IMG/VR virus record: IMGVR_UViG_3300029996_000255
DNA: 27,595 nucleotides
Direction: 5' to 3' (one strand)
Source: a virus
Taxonomy: Duplodnaviria > Heunggongvirae > Uroviricota > Caudoviricetes
The notes below the pieces were generated by a model. That model made no database searches. It was given only the letters and a program-made list of their open reading frames with translations, and had not been told where the DNA came from. This document shows, piece by piece, positions 1 through 10,900 of this stretch. The position numbers were made by a program, and so were the translations under genes. How positions within the stretch are numbered: position 1 is the first letter of the stretch; the number at the start of each line of letters is the position of its first letter.

Positions 1-1
1 G

Positions 2-331
2 GACGAACTTTTAAAACATGGTGAATTTATCACAATGAATGTTCAGATATTGGGACATATTGAGCAAGGTGAAAAATGTGATTTGACGTTTACATATGAT
101 AGAGATTTTCAACCAGGAGACACAGTACAACATTTCAAAGGTGATTTCTATAAGATTGTTGCCATTGGAACTAATACAGAAACAGAAGAAAAGATGGTTG
201 TATATCAGAGCTTAAAGGATCAGAGAGTATGGACTAGACCATATGATATGTTTATCAGTAAAGTGGATAGAGAGAAATATCCAAACGCTTATCAGCCATA
301 TAGACTTATAAAAGTAAAGATTACTGCTTAG
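2..331 (+). CDS. DUF1653-family protein, probably 5'-truncated by the window edge
   Basis: Motifs HFKG-x-YKI, TETEEKMVVYQSL and WTRPYDMF are typical of DUF1653. The frame is open from base 2 (DELLKHGEFITM...) and there is no SD before ATG 35. Confidence 0.8.
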   Translation, partial: DELLKHGEFITMNVQILGHIEQGEKCDLTFTYDRDFQPGDTVQHFKGDFYKIVAIGTNTETEEKMVVYQSLKDQRVWTRPYDMFISKVDREKYPNAYQPYRLIKVKITA

Positions 332-340
332 TAATTAGTC

Positions 341-358
341 TTGAACAATTCAGTTCAA
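341..358. repeat. Perfect inverted repeat TTGAAC-N6-GTTCAA, same geometry as the GAAA-N6-TTTC sites
   Basis: ttgaac aattca gttcaa, starting 10 nt after the DUF1653 stop codon. Confidence 0.55.
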
Positions 359-395
359 AAATTCCAAAACAAATAACTGAATAGTGAATATATGA

Positions 396-505
396 ATGGG
401 TGAAAGAACAGCATACCCTTGGGCTTTTGCGCTCAAAAATCACTGTTGAATATAGATTTTATATAGATTTAATCTCTATGTTCCGTCCTGAGAAGGGCGT
501 TTATA
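396..505 (+). promoter_or_regulatory. Structured 5' leader (four hairpins) upstream of the SSB-like gene
   Basis: Stems gggtg/taccc (398-418), ttgggc/gctcaa (419-436), gaatataga/tctatgttc (448-483) and cgtcct-GAGA-agggcg (484-499). Several G.U pairs and a GNRA loop. Confidence 0.45.
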
Positions 506-554
506 TATAAGTTATTTATTAAATTTTATTACATATAAGGAGGACATTTTTAAA

Positions 555-1631
555 ATGGCAGAAACAAAGAAAAAAGGAAGATTATTTGATTTACCTGAGA
601 CAAAGGGTGCGTTCCAGTTAAAGGGAATTGTATCTGGTATGGAAAAGGACACAGCTTTCAAGGAGATTAAGACAAAGAGTGGAAAGCCTATGAGAATGCT
701 TAACTTTGGTACAAGCTATCTTGATGGTGAAACATTATATGTCAATCTTCAGGGCATGGAACAGGAGAATGTATATTTTTCCAAGAGAGCTGAGAAGAAG
801 GGCGAAAAGGCTGAGACAGTTAAAGTACCTTGGGCTGATAGATTTTCCTATAACCGTGAGGGCTTCCGTTTAATTGGAAGGAATATCGGTGTAAAGAAGA
901 AAGTTGACTCAGAAGGAAAGACAGTTAATGACAAGAAGGTTCTTACAGATTTTGATGCTTGTAAGGAAGTTAAGGAAAATCTGAAGGATGGATCTTCTGT
1001 ATTTATCAGAGGTAATCTTGATTATAGTAGTTTTACAGATGATAAGGGTAATAAGAGAACATCTACAAAGCTTGTACCAAATCAGATTTCTCTTTGCTCT
1101 GAAATCGACTTTAATGATGAGAAGTTTGAGAAGCAGAATGATTTTAACCAGGTAATTATCTTCATGGGTATTGAGCAGGAAAAGGATGATAATGATAAAC
1201 CAACTGGTAGATTTATTGTTCTTGCAAAGATTGTTACATATAGCAACATTGAAGATGTTCAGTTCTTTATCGAGGATAAGGCTCTTGCAAAGAAGTTTAA
1301 GAATTCACTTAGTCCTTATAACACAATCAAGGTAAGTGGTCATATGGTTTCTTCTACTCAGACAGAAACAGTTGAAACAGATGATGATGATAATTGGGGC
1401 GAAGAAGATAACATGGAAAAGGTATCTGCTCCTACAAAGAGAGAGTTTATCATTACTGGTGCAAAGGGTTCGTCTATTGATAAGGAACTTTACACAGAAC
1501 AGAATGTTACAGAAGCTATTGCTAAGATTAAGAATGCTAATAGGGCAGAGGAAAGCTTTGGTTCTGACTCTAACGATGATTGGGGAGACGGTTCTGATCT
1601 TGACGATGGAGATGACGAAGCGTGGGATTAA
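555..1631 (+). CDS. Putative phage single-stranded DNA-binding protein (tandem OB-fold-like, acidic tail)
   Basis: SD AAGGAGG. Beta-rich segments (VFIRGNLDYSSF, IKVSGHM) and a highly acidic C-terminus ending DDGDDEAWD. First gene of the replication operon. Confidence 0.6.
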   Translation: MAETKKKGRLFDLPETKGAFQLKGIVSGMEKDTAFKEIKTKSGKPMRMLNFGTSYLDGETLYVNLQGMEQENVYFSKRAEKKGEKAETVKVPWADRFSYNREGFRLIGRNIGVKKKVDSEGKTVNDKKVLTDFDACKEVKENLKDGSSVFIRGNLDYSSFTDDKGNKRTSTKLVPNQISLCSEIDFNDEKFEKQNDFNQVIIFMGIEQEKDDNDKPTGRFIVLAKIVTYSNIEDVQFFIEDKALAKKFKNSLSPYNTIKVSGHMVSSTQTETVETDDDDNWGEEDNMEKVSAPTKREFIITGAKGSSIDKELYTEQNVTEAIAKIKNANRAEESFGSDSNDDWGDGSDLDDGDDEAWD

Positions 1632-1656
1632 TTCTCACAAGTAGAGAATAACAATA

Positions 1657-1680
1657 TGGAGCGTCAGAAATGGCGTTCCA
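1657..1680 (+). promoter_or_regulatory. 10-bp RNA hairpin with GAAA tetraloop and no U-tract (possible 5' stabiliser)
   Basis: tggagcgtca-gaaa-tggcgttcca with two G.U pairs, directly after AGAGAATA-N5-A. Confidence 0.5.
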
Positions 1681-1717
1681 ATAATCAAAATTATAGAATT
1701 AACGGAGGAATTATTTA

Positions 1718-2881
1718 ATGGCAAAAGCAAGAAAAGCGTCAGTCACACAGAGTAAGTTGGGTATGATTTTATATGGAGAGCAGTTTACAGGTAAGTCTAC
1801 AATGGCTATGCAGCTTGCATATTTCAAGCGTCCAGATGGAAAGCCTTTCAGAGTATTATATCTTGATCCTGAGACTGGTTCAATTGATGATTATCTTGGT
1901 GACTTAGAAGCAAATGGTGTAAACCTTGAAAATATTTACATTGTATATACTCAGTCACTTGGAGAAGTAAGACAGTATATTGCAAAGGTTAAGAATGGTG
2001 AAGATTTCTACGAACTTGATGATGACGGAGAGGAAACGGATGATGTAGTTCTTGATGCAGACGGAGAGCCATTTAGAGCAGATGCAATTGTTGTTGATGG
2101 TACAACAATACTTAATCTAACAACAAAGCAGGGATTGGTTGAGTTCTCAAAGAAGAGAAACAAGGTTAAGGCAGACAAGGATGGGCTTGTTGGAGATGCA
2201 AGACTTGTTAAGATTGAAGGCGCAGGAATGGAGCTTAAAGATTACCAGACAATTAACTTTAAGGGACAGGATTTAATTCTCGATCTTATGGCTTCTGGTG
2301 TTCACTACATTGTAACTGCAAGAGAGACAGATGAGAAGGAGACTATTAAGCAGTCAGACGGTTCTACAATGAGTGTTGTAACTGGAAGAAAGATTCCAGA
2401 TGGATTTAAGGGTATGACATATAATGTTAAAACTGAAATCCGTATGTATAGAAATGAAGAAGGTACAGTATGTGCTCATGTTAAGAAGGATAGAACTCAT
2501 ACTCACGAAGACAACTCAGTTATTGAAGATCCTACATTACTTGATTGGCAGTCAGTTATCGACAAGACAGCAGATAAGAAAGCATTTGTTGTAAAGAATG
2601 ACTTAACCAAGGCTGTTGATGTTGAGCAGGATATTTATAGTAAGGAGATTCTTGGTAAGGTTGGAGAGCCTGATAACTCAGAGTCAGAGAATGTATCTAA
2701 CGGAAGTGGTGGTGTAGATATTGAAGCAATTAAGAAAGAGATTATTGCTAAAAGAAATGCGCTTCCACCTACTGAGAAGAAAGCAATGAAGGAAAAGCTT
2801 GAAGCAGCAGGTCTTCCTACAGCATACAAGAATGTAACAGATGTTGAAATTCTCAATAAGGTATTAGCAATGTTTGATTAA
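1718..2881 (+). CDS. AAA-family ATPase (AAA_24 / Sak4-like recombination or replication protein)
   Basis: Walker A GEQFTGKS, YLDPETGS, Walker B AIVVDG, YIVTARE. SD GGAGG. Confidence 0.75.
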   Translation: MAKARKASVTQSKLGMILYGEQFTGKSTMAMQLAYFKRPDGKPFRVLYLDPETGSIDDYLGDLEANGVNLENIYIVYTQSLGEVRQYIAKVKNGEDFYELDDDGEETDDVVLDADGEPFRADAIVVDGTTILNLTTKQGLVEFSKKRNKVKADKDGLVGDARLVKIEGAGMELKDYQTINFKGQDLILDLMASGVHYIVTARETDEKETIKQSDGSTMSVVTGRKIPDGFKGMTYNVKTEIRMYRNEEGTVCAHVKKDRTHTHEDNSVIEDPTLLDWQSVIDKTADKKAFVVKNDLTKAVDVEQDIYSKEILGKVGEPDNSESENVSNGSGGVDIEAIKKEIIAKRNALPPTEKKAMKEKLEAAGLPTAYKNVTDVEILNKVLAMFD

Positions 2882-2905
2882 TTTTTGGTTATGTAAGGTA
2901 GGACT

Positions 2906-3598
2906 ATGGCAAGATACACAAATAGCAAAGATGGTGTTAAAAGAAAATGTGGTTGTTGCGGAAAAGACCTTTATATAAACAAGAATAATATTGACGATGC
3001 AATCTACTATGATAAGAAAACCTATCATAGTAGTTGCTTTATCAATATATGTCAGAAACGTATTGCGAATAAAAGAGCAGACGTATCAGCAAAATGGACT
3101 TGGATATATGACCACATTGATACAATAAAAAAAGATACATATTCACATCTTGCGGTAGCGATAGAACAAGATGAGATATTTCAATTTATTAAAGAAGCAT
3201 ATGATTTAACCATTATTCCGACTACTGTATGGCAGAAATTAAGTAATATCTATGCTGGTACATTTAAGGGAATGACAGTAGGTATTCCACCTTCAGACCT
3301 ACTTGATATGTGGAAAAGAAAAATTGATATGCTTAATGGTATTGCTAAGAAAAATGATGTAAAAGGTATTCATATGCAACCAGAAGTACGATTAACATAT
3401 GATTTATCTATTTTGGTAAATAAATATGACAGTTATTTAAGGTGGAAAGAGAAACAAAAAATACTTGAAGCTGAGAAAGAAACAGAAAAATTACAGAATA
3501 TTGTTAGTCAATCAATTGGTTATACAAATATATCTAAGGAAGAAACTAATGATAACACAGATGATATTTCAGACTTGGTGGATGATATTTTTGGATAG
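2906..3598 (+). CDS. Cys/His-rich hypothetical replication protein (possible helicase loader or accessory factor)
   Basis: KCGCCGK...YHSSC putative Zn site, acidic C-terminus DLVDDIFG, located directly before the helicase. Confidence 0.5.
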   Translation: MARYTNSKDGVKRKCGCCGKDLYINKNNIDDAIYYDKKTYHSSCFINICQKRIANKRADVSAKWTWIYDHIDTIKKDTYSHLAVAIEQDEIFQFIKEAYDLTIIPTTVWQKLSNIYAGTFKGMTVGIPPSDLLDMWKRKIDMLNGIAKKNDVKGIHMQPEVRLTYDLSILVNKYDSYLRWKEKQKILEAEKETEKLQNIVSQSIGYTNISKEETNDNTDDISDLVDDIFG

Positions 3599-3608
3599 GA
3601 GATAAATA

Positions 3609-5162
3609 TTGGACAATGAACATGAATTAAAGGATTGTAATATACAATCAGAAATATGTTTTGTGGGTGCGCTACTAAAGTCTCCCGATTTGATTGTAAA
3701 TTATAGCAATTTTATGAGAAGTAAATATGATTTCTCTGATCCTGCAACAAAGTTTTTTTATGATAGTTTTGAAACATATTATCTTACATTTTCTCAAACA
3801 GTTGATGAGATAAAGATGAATGTATTTATGAGTCAGAATGAGGAGCGACTTAAATTATACAAACAGTATAAGGGATGGAAAACTCTTCAAAGATATATGA
3901 CTTTAGCAGACGAAAATGATGTGAAAAATTATTTTGATACTGTTAAAAAATATTCATTGGTCAGAGAATATGGAAGAAATGGATTCCCAGTTGAAAAAAT
4001 ATTATCTCATAGAAATTTCGATAAAATGTCACCAAATGACATTTACAGAATTATTCGTACAAAAGCGGATAAGATAAATACAGTAATAAATGCTGGTGAA
4101 GAAGCAGTAGAACTTACTGACAAAAACTCATCTCAGATTGATAAATATCTTGAAAAGCCAAATTTCGGCTTACCTTTCCCTTGGTATATGTATAATGAAT
4201 ATTTTCTTGGTCTTAGAGAAACAAAGGTATTATTTGAAGGATTCCTTTCTAATGAAGGTAAAACAAGAAAACTTGTATTATTAGCAGCTTATGTTGCACT
4301 TGTACAGAATGAGAATTTTTTTCTTATGAGTAATGAGATGGACGAGGAGGATCTTCGTAGCTGTTTGATTACAACTGTTATTAATAACAAAGAGTTTCAA
4401 GATTTACATGGAGTTCATTTAACGAAACCTGAAAAAGAAATTGTATTAGGCGTGTACCACGATAAGACTGGGAACATTATTAGAAGAAAAATTGATGACA
4501 ATGGCGTGTATCTTGAAAGTAATTCGGATTACATAAAGAGAATAAAAGATACGTCAGAGGAATATTGGAATGTCAAGAAAGTAACAGACTGGATTGATAG
4601 CAGTGAACGTAAAGGCAAGGTTATGTTCAAGGATGTAGGAGATGACTATAGCCCTGAAAGAATTGAGTTTGAGTTGCGTAAAGCAAAGATGGTTCAGAAC
4701 ATTAAGTATTACGGCTATGACACATTAAAAGGGTATAACACAGATGATTGGTCACAGATCAAGCAGTTTGCAACAAAACTGAAGGAGTTGACAAAGGAAC
4801 TTCGTATGAGTGGTTATGCAGTATTCCAGTTAAGTGATGATACTGTATTTACTGATATTTTTAGTCTTAGTAGTAACAATATTGCCAATGCTAAACAGAT
4901 AAAGCATGTAGCTGATATTCTAAACATTGGTAAGAAACTTAATAAGGAAGAATACCATAAATATCAAGTTGTGTTGGAATGTGATTCTTGGGGAGAGCCT
5001 GTAACAGAAGATTTGGATTTAAGTAAACAATATTTTTGTATTAAACCAGATAAGAATAGAGCAGGTAGCAAGGACAAGATTATGTTATTCGAGATTGATT
5101 TGAATTTGAATATATGGAGAAATATAGGTTATATCATTAAGAAACCAAAAAATAGTGACTAA
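3609..5162 (+). CDS. dnaB: DnaB-like replicative helicase (SF4), TTG start
   Basis: N-terminal E-x-x-x-x-GALL DnaB-like domain, degenerate Walker A SNEGKT, SNEM, FQLS and KNRAG motifs. Confidence 0.8.
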   Translation: MDNEHELKDCNIQSEICFVGALLKSPDLIVNYSNFMRSKYDFSDPATKFFYDSFETYYLTFSQTVDEIKMNVFMSQNEERLKLYKQYKGWKTLQRYMTLADENDVKNYFDTVKKYSLVREYGRNGFPVEKILSHRNFDKMSPNDIYRIIRTKADKINTVINAGEEAVELTDKNSSQIDKYLEKPNFGLPFPWYMYNEYFLGLRETKVLFEGFLSNEGKTRKLVLLAAYVALVQNENFFLMSNEMDEEDLRSCLITTVINNKEFQDLHGVHLTKPEKEIVLGVYHDKTGNIIRRKIDDNGVYLESNSDYIKRIKDTSEEYWNVKKVTDWIDSSERKGKVMFKDVGDDYSPERIEFELRKAKMVQNIKYYGYDTLKGYNTDDWSQIKQFATKLKELTKELRMSGYAVFQLSDDTVFTDIFSLSSNNIANAKQIKHVADILNIGKKLNKEEYHKYQVVLECDSWGEPVTEDLDLSKQYFCIKPDKNRAGSKDKIMLFEIDLNLNIWRNIGYIIKKPKNSD

Positions 5163-5177
5163 TTGGAGGGTGGCAGC

Positions 5178-6203
5178 TTGGATGTAAGAGAGCTAAAGAA
5201 TTACATATATGAAAATAACTATTCTGAACAGATATTAGAATCCGTTGGTTGCCACCATATCAAATATCATTCAGTTGGAGCATATTGGACAGCAGGTAAT
5301 CCAGATGGAGATAACAAAGGAGCAATTATTTTATATAATAACGAATCACTTATTTGTCTCAATAAAACTCGTCAAATGATAAAAGGTAGTAGACAGACAG
5401 ATATTATTGACCTCGTTTGTTATATAAAAAATCTTACATTTCCAGAAGGATTAAGGGAAATATGTTCAGAAATAGGAATGTCTTATTATCATGATTTTGA
5501 AGAGGATATTCCTGATAGTTTTAAGATACTGAAAATGTTAGAAGATATGGATTCTAATATATCAGAAGAAAAAGAAAAACCATTACAACCTATTTCAGAA
5601 AAAATTCTTTCGTATTACAAGCCATATGTCAACGATTTATTCTATGAGGATCACATTGATTATGAAACACAGAGAGAATTTGAAATAGGATTTGATGAAG
5701 AAACCAACCGATACACAATTCCTATTCGAGCAGAATTAGGAGATTTAGTCGGTGTTAAAGCAAGATATTTTGACAGAAAAGTACCTGATGGAATGAACAA
5801 ATATATTTATTTAGAGCCATGTGCAAAGTCAAAGATTCTATATGGGTTATATAAGACTCTTCCATATATAAAAAGAACAGGACGTATTTATGTAGGTGAA
5901 GCAGAGAAATTTGTACAACAAGCATGGAGTTACGGTTATCAAAATACTGGTGGAACAGGTGGAAAAGAATTATCCCAATATCAGATTGATATGTTGGTGC
6001 GACTTGGGGTAGATATTATTTTTTGCTTTGATAAAGATGTAACCAAAGAAGAATTGGAAATATTAGCTGAAAGATTTCCAGATGGTGTTCCTCTTTATTA
6101 TATGTTTGATGAAGATAATATTCTTCAAGAAAAAGAATCCCCAACAGATAATCCTACAAATTGGAAGCATTTGGTAGAGAATAATATATATAGATTAAGA
6201 TAG
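5178..6203 (+). CDS. DnaG-like DNA primase (TOPRIM)
   Basis: IPIR...GVKAR, KYIY, LYGL, VGEAEK and FDKD motifs. TTG 5178 follows SD GGAGGG (the ORF track starts at 5163). Confidence 0.82.
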   Translation: MDVRELKNYIYENNYSEQILESVGCHHIKYHSVGAYWTAGNPDGDNKGAIILYNNESLICLNKTRQMIKGSRQTDIIDLVCYIKNLTFPEGLREICSEIGMSYYHDFEEDIPDSFKILKMLEDMDSNISEEKEKPLQPISEKILSYYKPYVNDLFYEDHIDYETQREFEIGFDEETNRYTIPIRAELGDLVGVKARYFDRKVPDGMNKYIYLEPCAKSKILYGLYKTLPYIKRTGRIYVGEAEKFVQQAWSYGYQNTGGTGGKELSQYQIDMLVRLGVDIIFCFDKDVTKEELEILAERFPDGVPLYYMFDEDNILQEKESPTDNPTNWKHLVENNIYRLR

Positions 6204-6209
6204 GAAGGT

Positions 6210-7985
6210 GTGTACTTGAAATATAAGTTATATGACAATAGCGACAATAACACTTCCAATGTAATAAAGGAAGTTTTAAAAAATAGAGGAATTGAAGACT
6301 ATAATAAATATCTGAATTTAGATGATAGTATTGTAATTCCGTATGATAAATTGGATAACATAAACAGTGCAGTTGAGCTATTTATGAACCATTTTAATAA
6401 AAAAAATAAGATTGAAATATTGGTTGACGAAGATCCAGACGGATTTTGTTCAGCAGCTATGATGTATTTATATATCAAACAAATGGACAATAAATATCCC
6501 GTCAATTACATATTACATACAAGAGCAAAATCACATGGATTAGACGATGATATTACAGTATCGGAAGATACAAAGTTATTGATTATTCCTGATGCTGGAA
6601 CAAATGATACATTACAGTGCAAGGAACTTGTTGGTCGTGGAATTGACATTTTAATTCTTGATCACCATGAGTCAGAAGAAGATAATCCACATGCTTTAAT
6701 TGTTAATAATCAGATGAGTGTAGATTATCTTAATAAGGATTTTTGTGGTGCAGGTATCGTATATAAGTTTTTACAAGCATTAGACACAGAGACTTGGAAT
6801 GAATTTGCCGATGATTATTTAGACTTATGTGCGTTAGCAAATATCAGTGATGTAATGGATATGAGGTCGTTTGAAACAAGATACATTACAAATATTGGAT
6901 TACTGAACATTAAGAATAAATGTTTGCAAGCACTTATTAAAGCTCAGGATTATAGTATGAATGGCAAAGTTAATATTCATAATATACAGTGGTACATAAC
7001 ACCAGTTTTAAATGGAATGATTCGTATTGGTTCAAATGACGAAAAAGAATTATTATTTAGAGCATTTATTGAACAGGACGAATACTTTGAATATAAAAAG
7101 AGAGCGACCAAAGATAAACCAGCAGAAACTATTCAAGAAAGTATTTATGATAGAGCTGCAAGACTATGTAAAAATGCAAAGTCTCGTCAAGATAAGATGA
7201 AAGAAAAAGGCGTTAAAGCCATTTCAGAAATCGTAGATGAACTTCCAAACGATGATAAAGTTATTATGGTCGATGTTACAGAAGTTCTTGATAGTGGACT
7301 AACTGGTGTTGTAGCAATTAAAATAGCTGAACAGTACAATAAGCCATGTATTTTACTAAAGCAGCATTATGATAAGAAAAAAAAGAAGTCTGTGTTCGGT
7401 GGTAGTGCAAGAAATATTGATTATAGTCCGATTGATAGTTTCAAAGACATTATTAATTCGACAGGAATTATAAATGGTAAAGGTCATGCAAATGCATTTG
7501 GTATTGTTGATTTACCTATAGATGACAAGAAAAAAGCAATTGACGAAATAAATACTATTCTCAAAGATACAGAATATGATTCAACATATCGTGTAGATTT
7601 TATCTTAGACATAAATCATGTCACAATCCCATTGATTTTAAAATTATCTGAATTTGAAGATATTATATGCCAAGGAATTGATGAACCAATGGTTGCAATA
7701 GAGAATATATCATTGACAAGAGATTGTTTTGAAGTATTTGGAAAAAATGAGGATACTATCAGCTTTGTAATAGATGATATTAAGTATATTCAATTTAAGT
7801 GCAAAGAAGGCAATCAGTTATATGATTTTATACAAGATGCATGGAGTGATAAAGATAGTATTACATTTACTATTGTTGGTAAACCTTCAATAAATGAGTA
7901 CAACGGCATTAGAACACCACAGGTTATTATTGAAGATGTCGCTGTTATTAGTGTAAGTAGTAACGATGAAGATGATGATTGGTAG
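6210..7985 (+). CDS. recJ: RecJ-like DHH single-stranded DNA exonuclease
   Basis: DEDPDG, IIPDAG, ILDHH, CGAG, SDVMD, GSAR and GHANAFG motifs. The true start may be TTG 6216. Confidence 0.9.
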   Translation: MYLKYKLYDNSDNNTSNVIKEVLKNRGIEDYNKYLNLDDSIVIPYDKLDNINSAVELFMNHFNKKNKIEILVDEDPDGFCSAAMMYLYIKQMDNKYPVNYILHTRAKSHGLDDDITVSEDTKLLIIPDAGTNDTLQCKELVGRGIDILILDHHESEEDNPHALIVNNQMSVDYLNKDFCGAGIVYKFLQALDTETWNEFADDYLDLCALANISDVMDMRSFETRYITNIGLLNIKNKCLQALIKAQDYSMNGKVNIHNIQWYITPVLNGMIRIGSNDEKELLFRAFIEQDEYFEYKKRATKDKPAETIQESIYDRAARLCKNAKSRQDKMKEKGVKAISEIVDELPNDDKVIMVDVTEVLDSGLTGVVAIKIAEQYNKPCILLKQHYDKKKKKSVFGGSARNIDYSPIDSFKDIINSTGIINGKGHANAFGIVDLPIDDKKKAIDEINTILKDTEYDSTYRVDFILDINHVTIPLILKLSEFEDIICQGIDEPMVAIENISLTRDCFEVFGKNEDTISFVIDDIKYIQFKCKEGNQLYDFIQDAWSDKDSITFTIVGKPSINEYNGIRTPQVIIEDVAVISVSSNDEDDDW

Positions 7986-7995
7986 GAGGTGAGTT

Positions 7996-10900
7996 ATGTA
8001 TAGTTCATTACATAACCATACATATTATTCATTGCTCGATGGATATGGAAGTCCAAAGGAAATGTTGGATAGAGCAAAAGAAATAGGACTAAAAGCATTT
8101 GCCGTAACAGAGCATGGTAATGTATATAGCCACATCTATTTTGACTTAATTAAGAAAGATTATCCAGATATCAAAATGATATATGGCTGTGAGTTATATG
8201 AGTGTGAAGATATAGAAATCAAGGATAAGGACAACAAATATTTCCATTTAATTTGCTTAATTAGAAATGAACAGGGTAGAAAAGATTTAAACAAGGTTAT
8301 TACAAAAAGCAACTTTGAAGGATTCTATTTTAAGCCAAGATGTACAATCGAAGACTTAAAACCATACGCTGAGAATTTTGTTATATCATCTGCGTGTTTA
8401 GCAAGTAAATTAGCAAGAGAATCAGATTTTGAGAAATGTGTTGAATACATCAATGAATATAAAGAAGCTTTTCCATATTTCTTTCTTGAGATGCAGTCTC
8501 ATTCACATAAAGATCAATGTTTATATAATCAAAAAATCTTAGAACTTTCTCAGAAAACAAATACTCCATTTATTATTACAACTGATAGCCATGCTCCTAA
8601 AAAGGAAGATTTGTACTATCAGGATAAACTTATTCAGATTGGTAGAAAAAGCAGTAATAATGATAAAAACGCCATTGAAAATACTGAGGTATATGAAGGA
8701 TGTTATATGCAATCTGAAGAAGAGATTCATGAGTGTATGGATAATCAGATTGGATATGAAAATGTATGTATTGGTTTAGAGAATACCAATAAGGTAGCAG
8801 ATTTAATTGGTGAAGTTAATATGCCATTTCAGAAACCGCAGTTACCTACTTTCCCATTACCAGAGGGGTATAAGGATAATAATGAATTCTTATGGCACTT
8901 AGTAAACAAAGGATGGAAAGATAGAGGGTATGACAAATTAAGTGAGGCTGACAAAAAGGTACGAAAAGAACGTCTTGACTATGAAATGGGAATTATTCAT
9001 TCAATGGGATTTGATGGATATTTCTTGTTTGTATGGGACTTTATAAAAGCAGCAGAAAAGCTTGGAATTGAAGTCGGCAAAGGAAGAGGTAGTGCAGCAG
9101 GTTCATTAGTTTGTTATTGTTGCCACATTACAGATATTGATCCGATTAAATATGGACTTATCTTTGAGCGATTCTTAAATCCTGAACGAGTTGGACTTCC
9201 TGATATTGATACTGACGTAGGAAATCGAGATGCAATTATTGACTATCTTGTTGATAAATATGGAGAAGATAGAGTATGTCAGATTATCAATTATTCATAT
9301 ATTACACCAACAGTAGCAATTACTGATGTTGGTAAGATACTTGGTTTTCCGTATAATCAAATGCAAAAACTTTCTCAGAAATTTACATTTGATAAGTGGG
9401 ATGATTGTATGAAAGCAAATCCTAACTTACTCGCAGATAATCCACAATATGCTGAATTATTTGATATTGCAAAGCATCTTAGTGGTCGTGTTAAGACGGT
9501 ATCTATTCATGCAGGTGGTGTAGGAATTGTTGATACAACAATCAATGATTATATGCCAATGAAGATAGGAACTAAGGGTGAGCATGTAATTCAGGTTGAT
9601 AAGCATTATGTAGAAGATATTGGAATAGTTAAATTTGACTTACTTGGTGTAGCAACTCTCAACCTTGTAAAAGAGATTAAGGATGATTTACATTTAGATC
9701 CTTGGGATTATGACATTAATAATCCTGAATTTGAAAATGATAGACCTACATATGAATTGTTGGCAAGTGGCAAAACTAATGGAGTATTCCAGGTTGAATC
9801 TGCTGGTATGAAAGACTTGCTTATCAGATTAAAACCAAAGCTTGAGCAGTTAGATTTTGAGGTTATATCCGTTATTTTGGCATTGTATAGACCTGATAGT
9901 ATGGGAGCACTTGATGAGTATGTTGAAATGGCAACAGGTGGAAGTAGACCTCTATCAATTCATCCTGATATGGACGAGATATTAAAGGATACAAATTACT
10001 GTATGATTTATCAGGAACAGCTTCTTGATATTGTTAAAAAATTCGGTGGAAGAACTTATGGAGGTGCTGATTTATTCCGTAAGGCGATTGGAAAAAAGAT
10101 TGTAGAACTTGTGCAAAAAGAGTCAGAAATCCTTCGTAGTGAGATAGTCGCAAATGGTTATCCGAAAGAGATAGCAGATAAAATTGCAGATGAATTATCT
10201 CAGAAAGGCGGCTACTTATTTAACAAGTCGCATTCCTATAGTTACGCAGTTCTTTGTTTCGAGACAGCTTGGTTCAAAGCACATTATCCAACATATTTTT
10301 TCAAAGCTTTATTTAATCAGAATAAGGATAAAGCAGGAGCAATTAACAAATACATTCTTGACGCAAGATATTTTAATGTAAATATTATGCCACCTAATAT
10401 TAATCATTCGGGAATGAATTTTACAGTTGATAACAATAAGGTTTTATTTGGATTGTCTGCCATTGGTGGTATAGGAGAATCACTTTCTAAACAGATAATT
10501 GAAGAAAGAGAGAATAATGGTATATACAAGTCATTTGATGATTTGATTACGAGACTTTCTTTAGGTAAGGCATCTGTTATTGCATTAATTAAATCTGGTG
10601 CAATTCCTTGTAAAAACAAGCGTGAAAAACTTGTGTCATATCTTAAATCACAGTATCAACCATTAAAATTCACAGAAGTTCAGTCATTGCCTACCTACAA
10701 GAAACTCGAAGAAGATTGGAATATTGACCTTAAAAAATATATTGTTCCTTCTTCTGGAAAAAGAGTTGTTTATGACAAAGAGGCGTTGCTTACAGAGTAT
10801 AACCGATTGAAGAAAAAACAGTTTGACGAAAATCAAAAAGTTAGATTCCAAAAATACATTGAGGATAATAAAAAATATCTTGAAGATGAACAATTTTGGG

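Noticed and set aside
448..540. AT-rich tract with a 10-bp direct repeat as a replication origin
   Set aside because: Only two repeat copies and no iteron array, so the evidence is insufficient.
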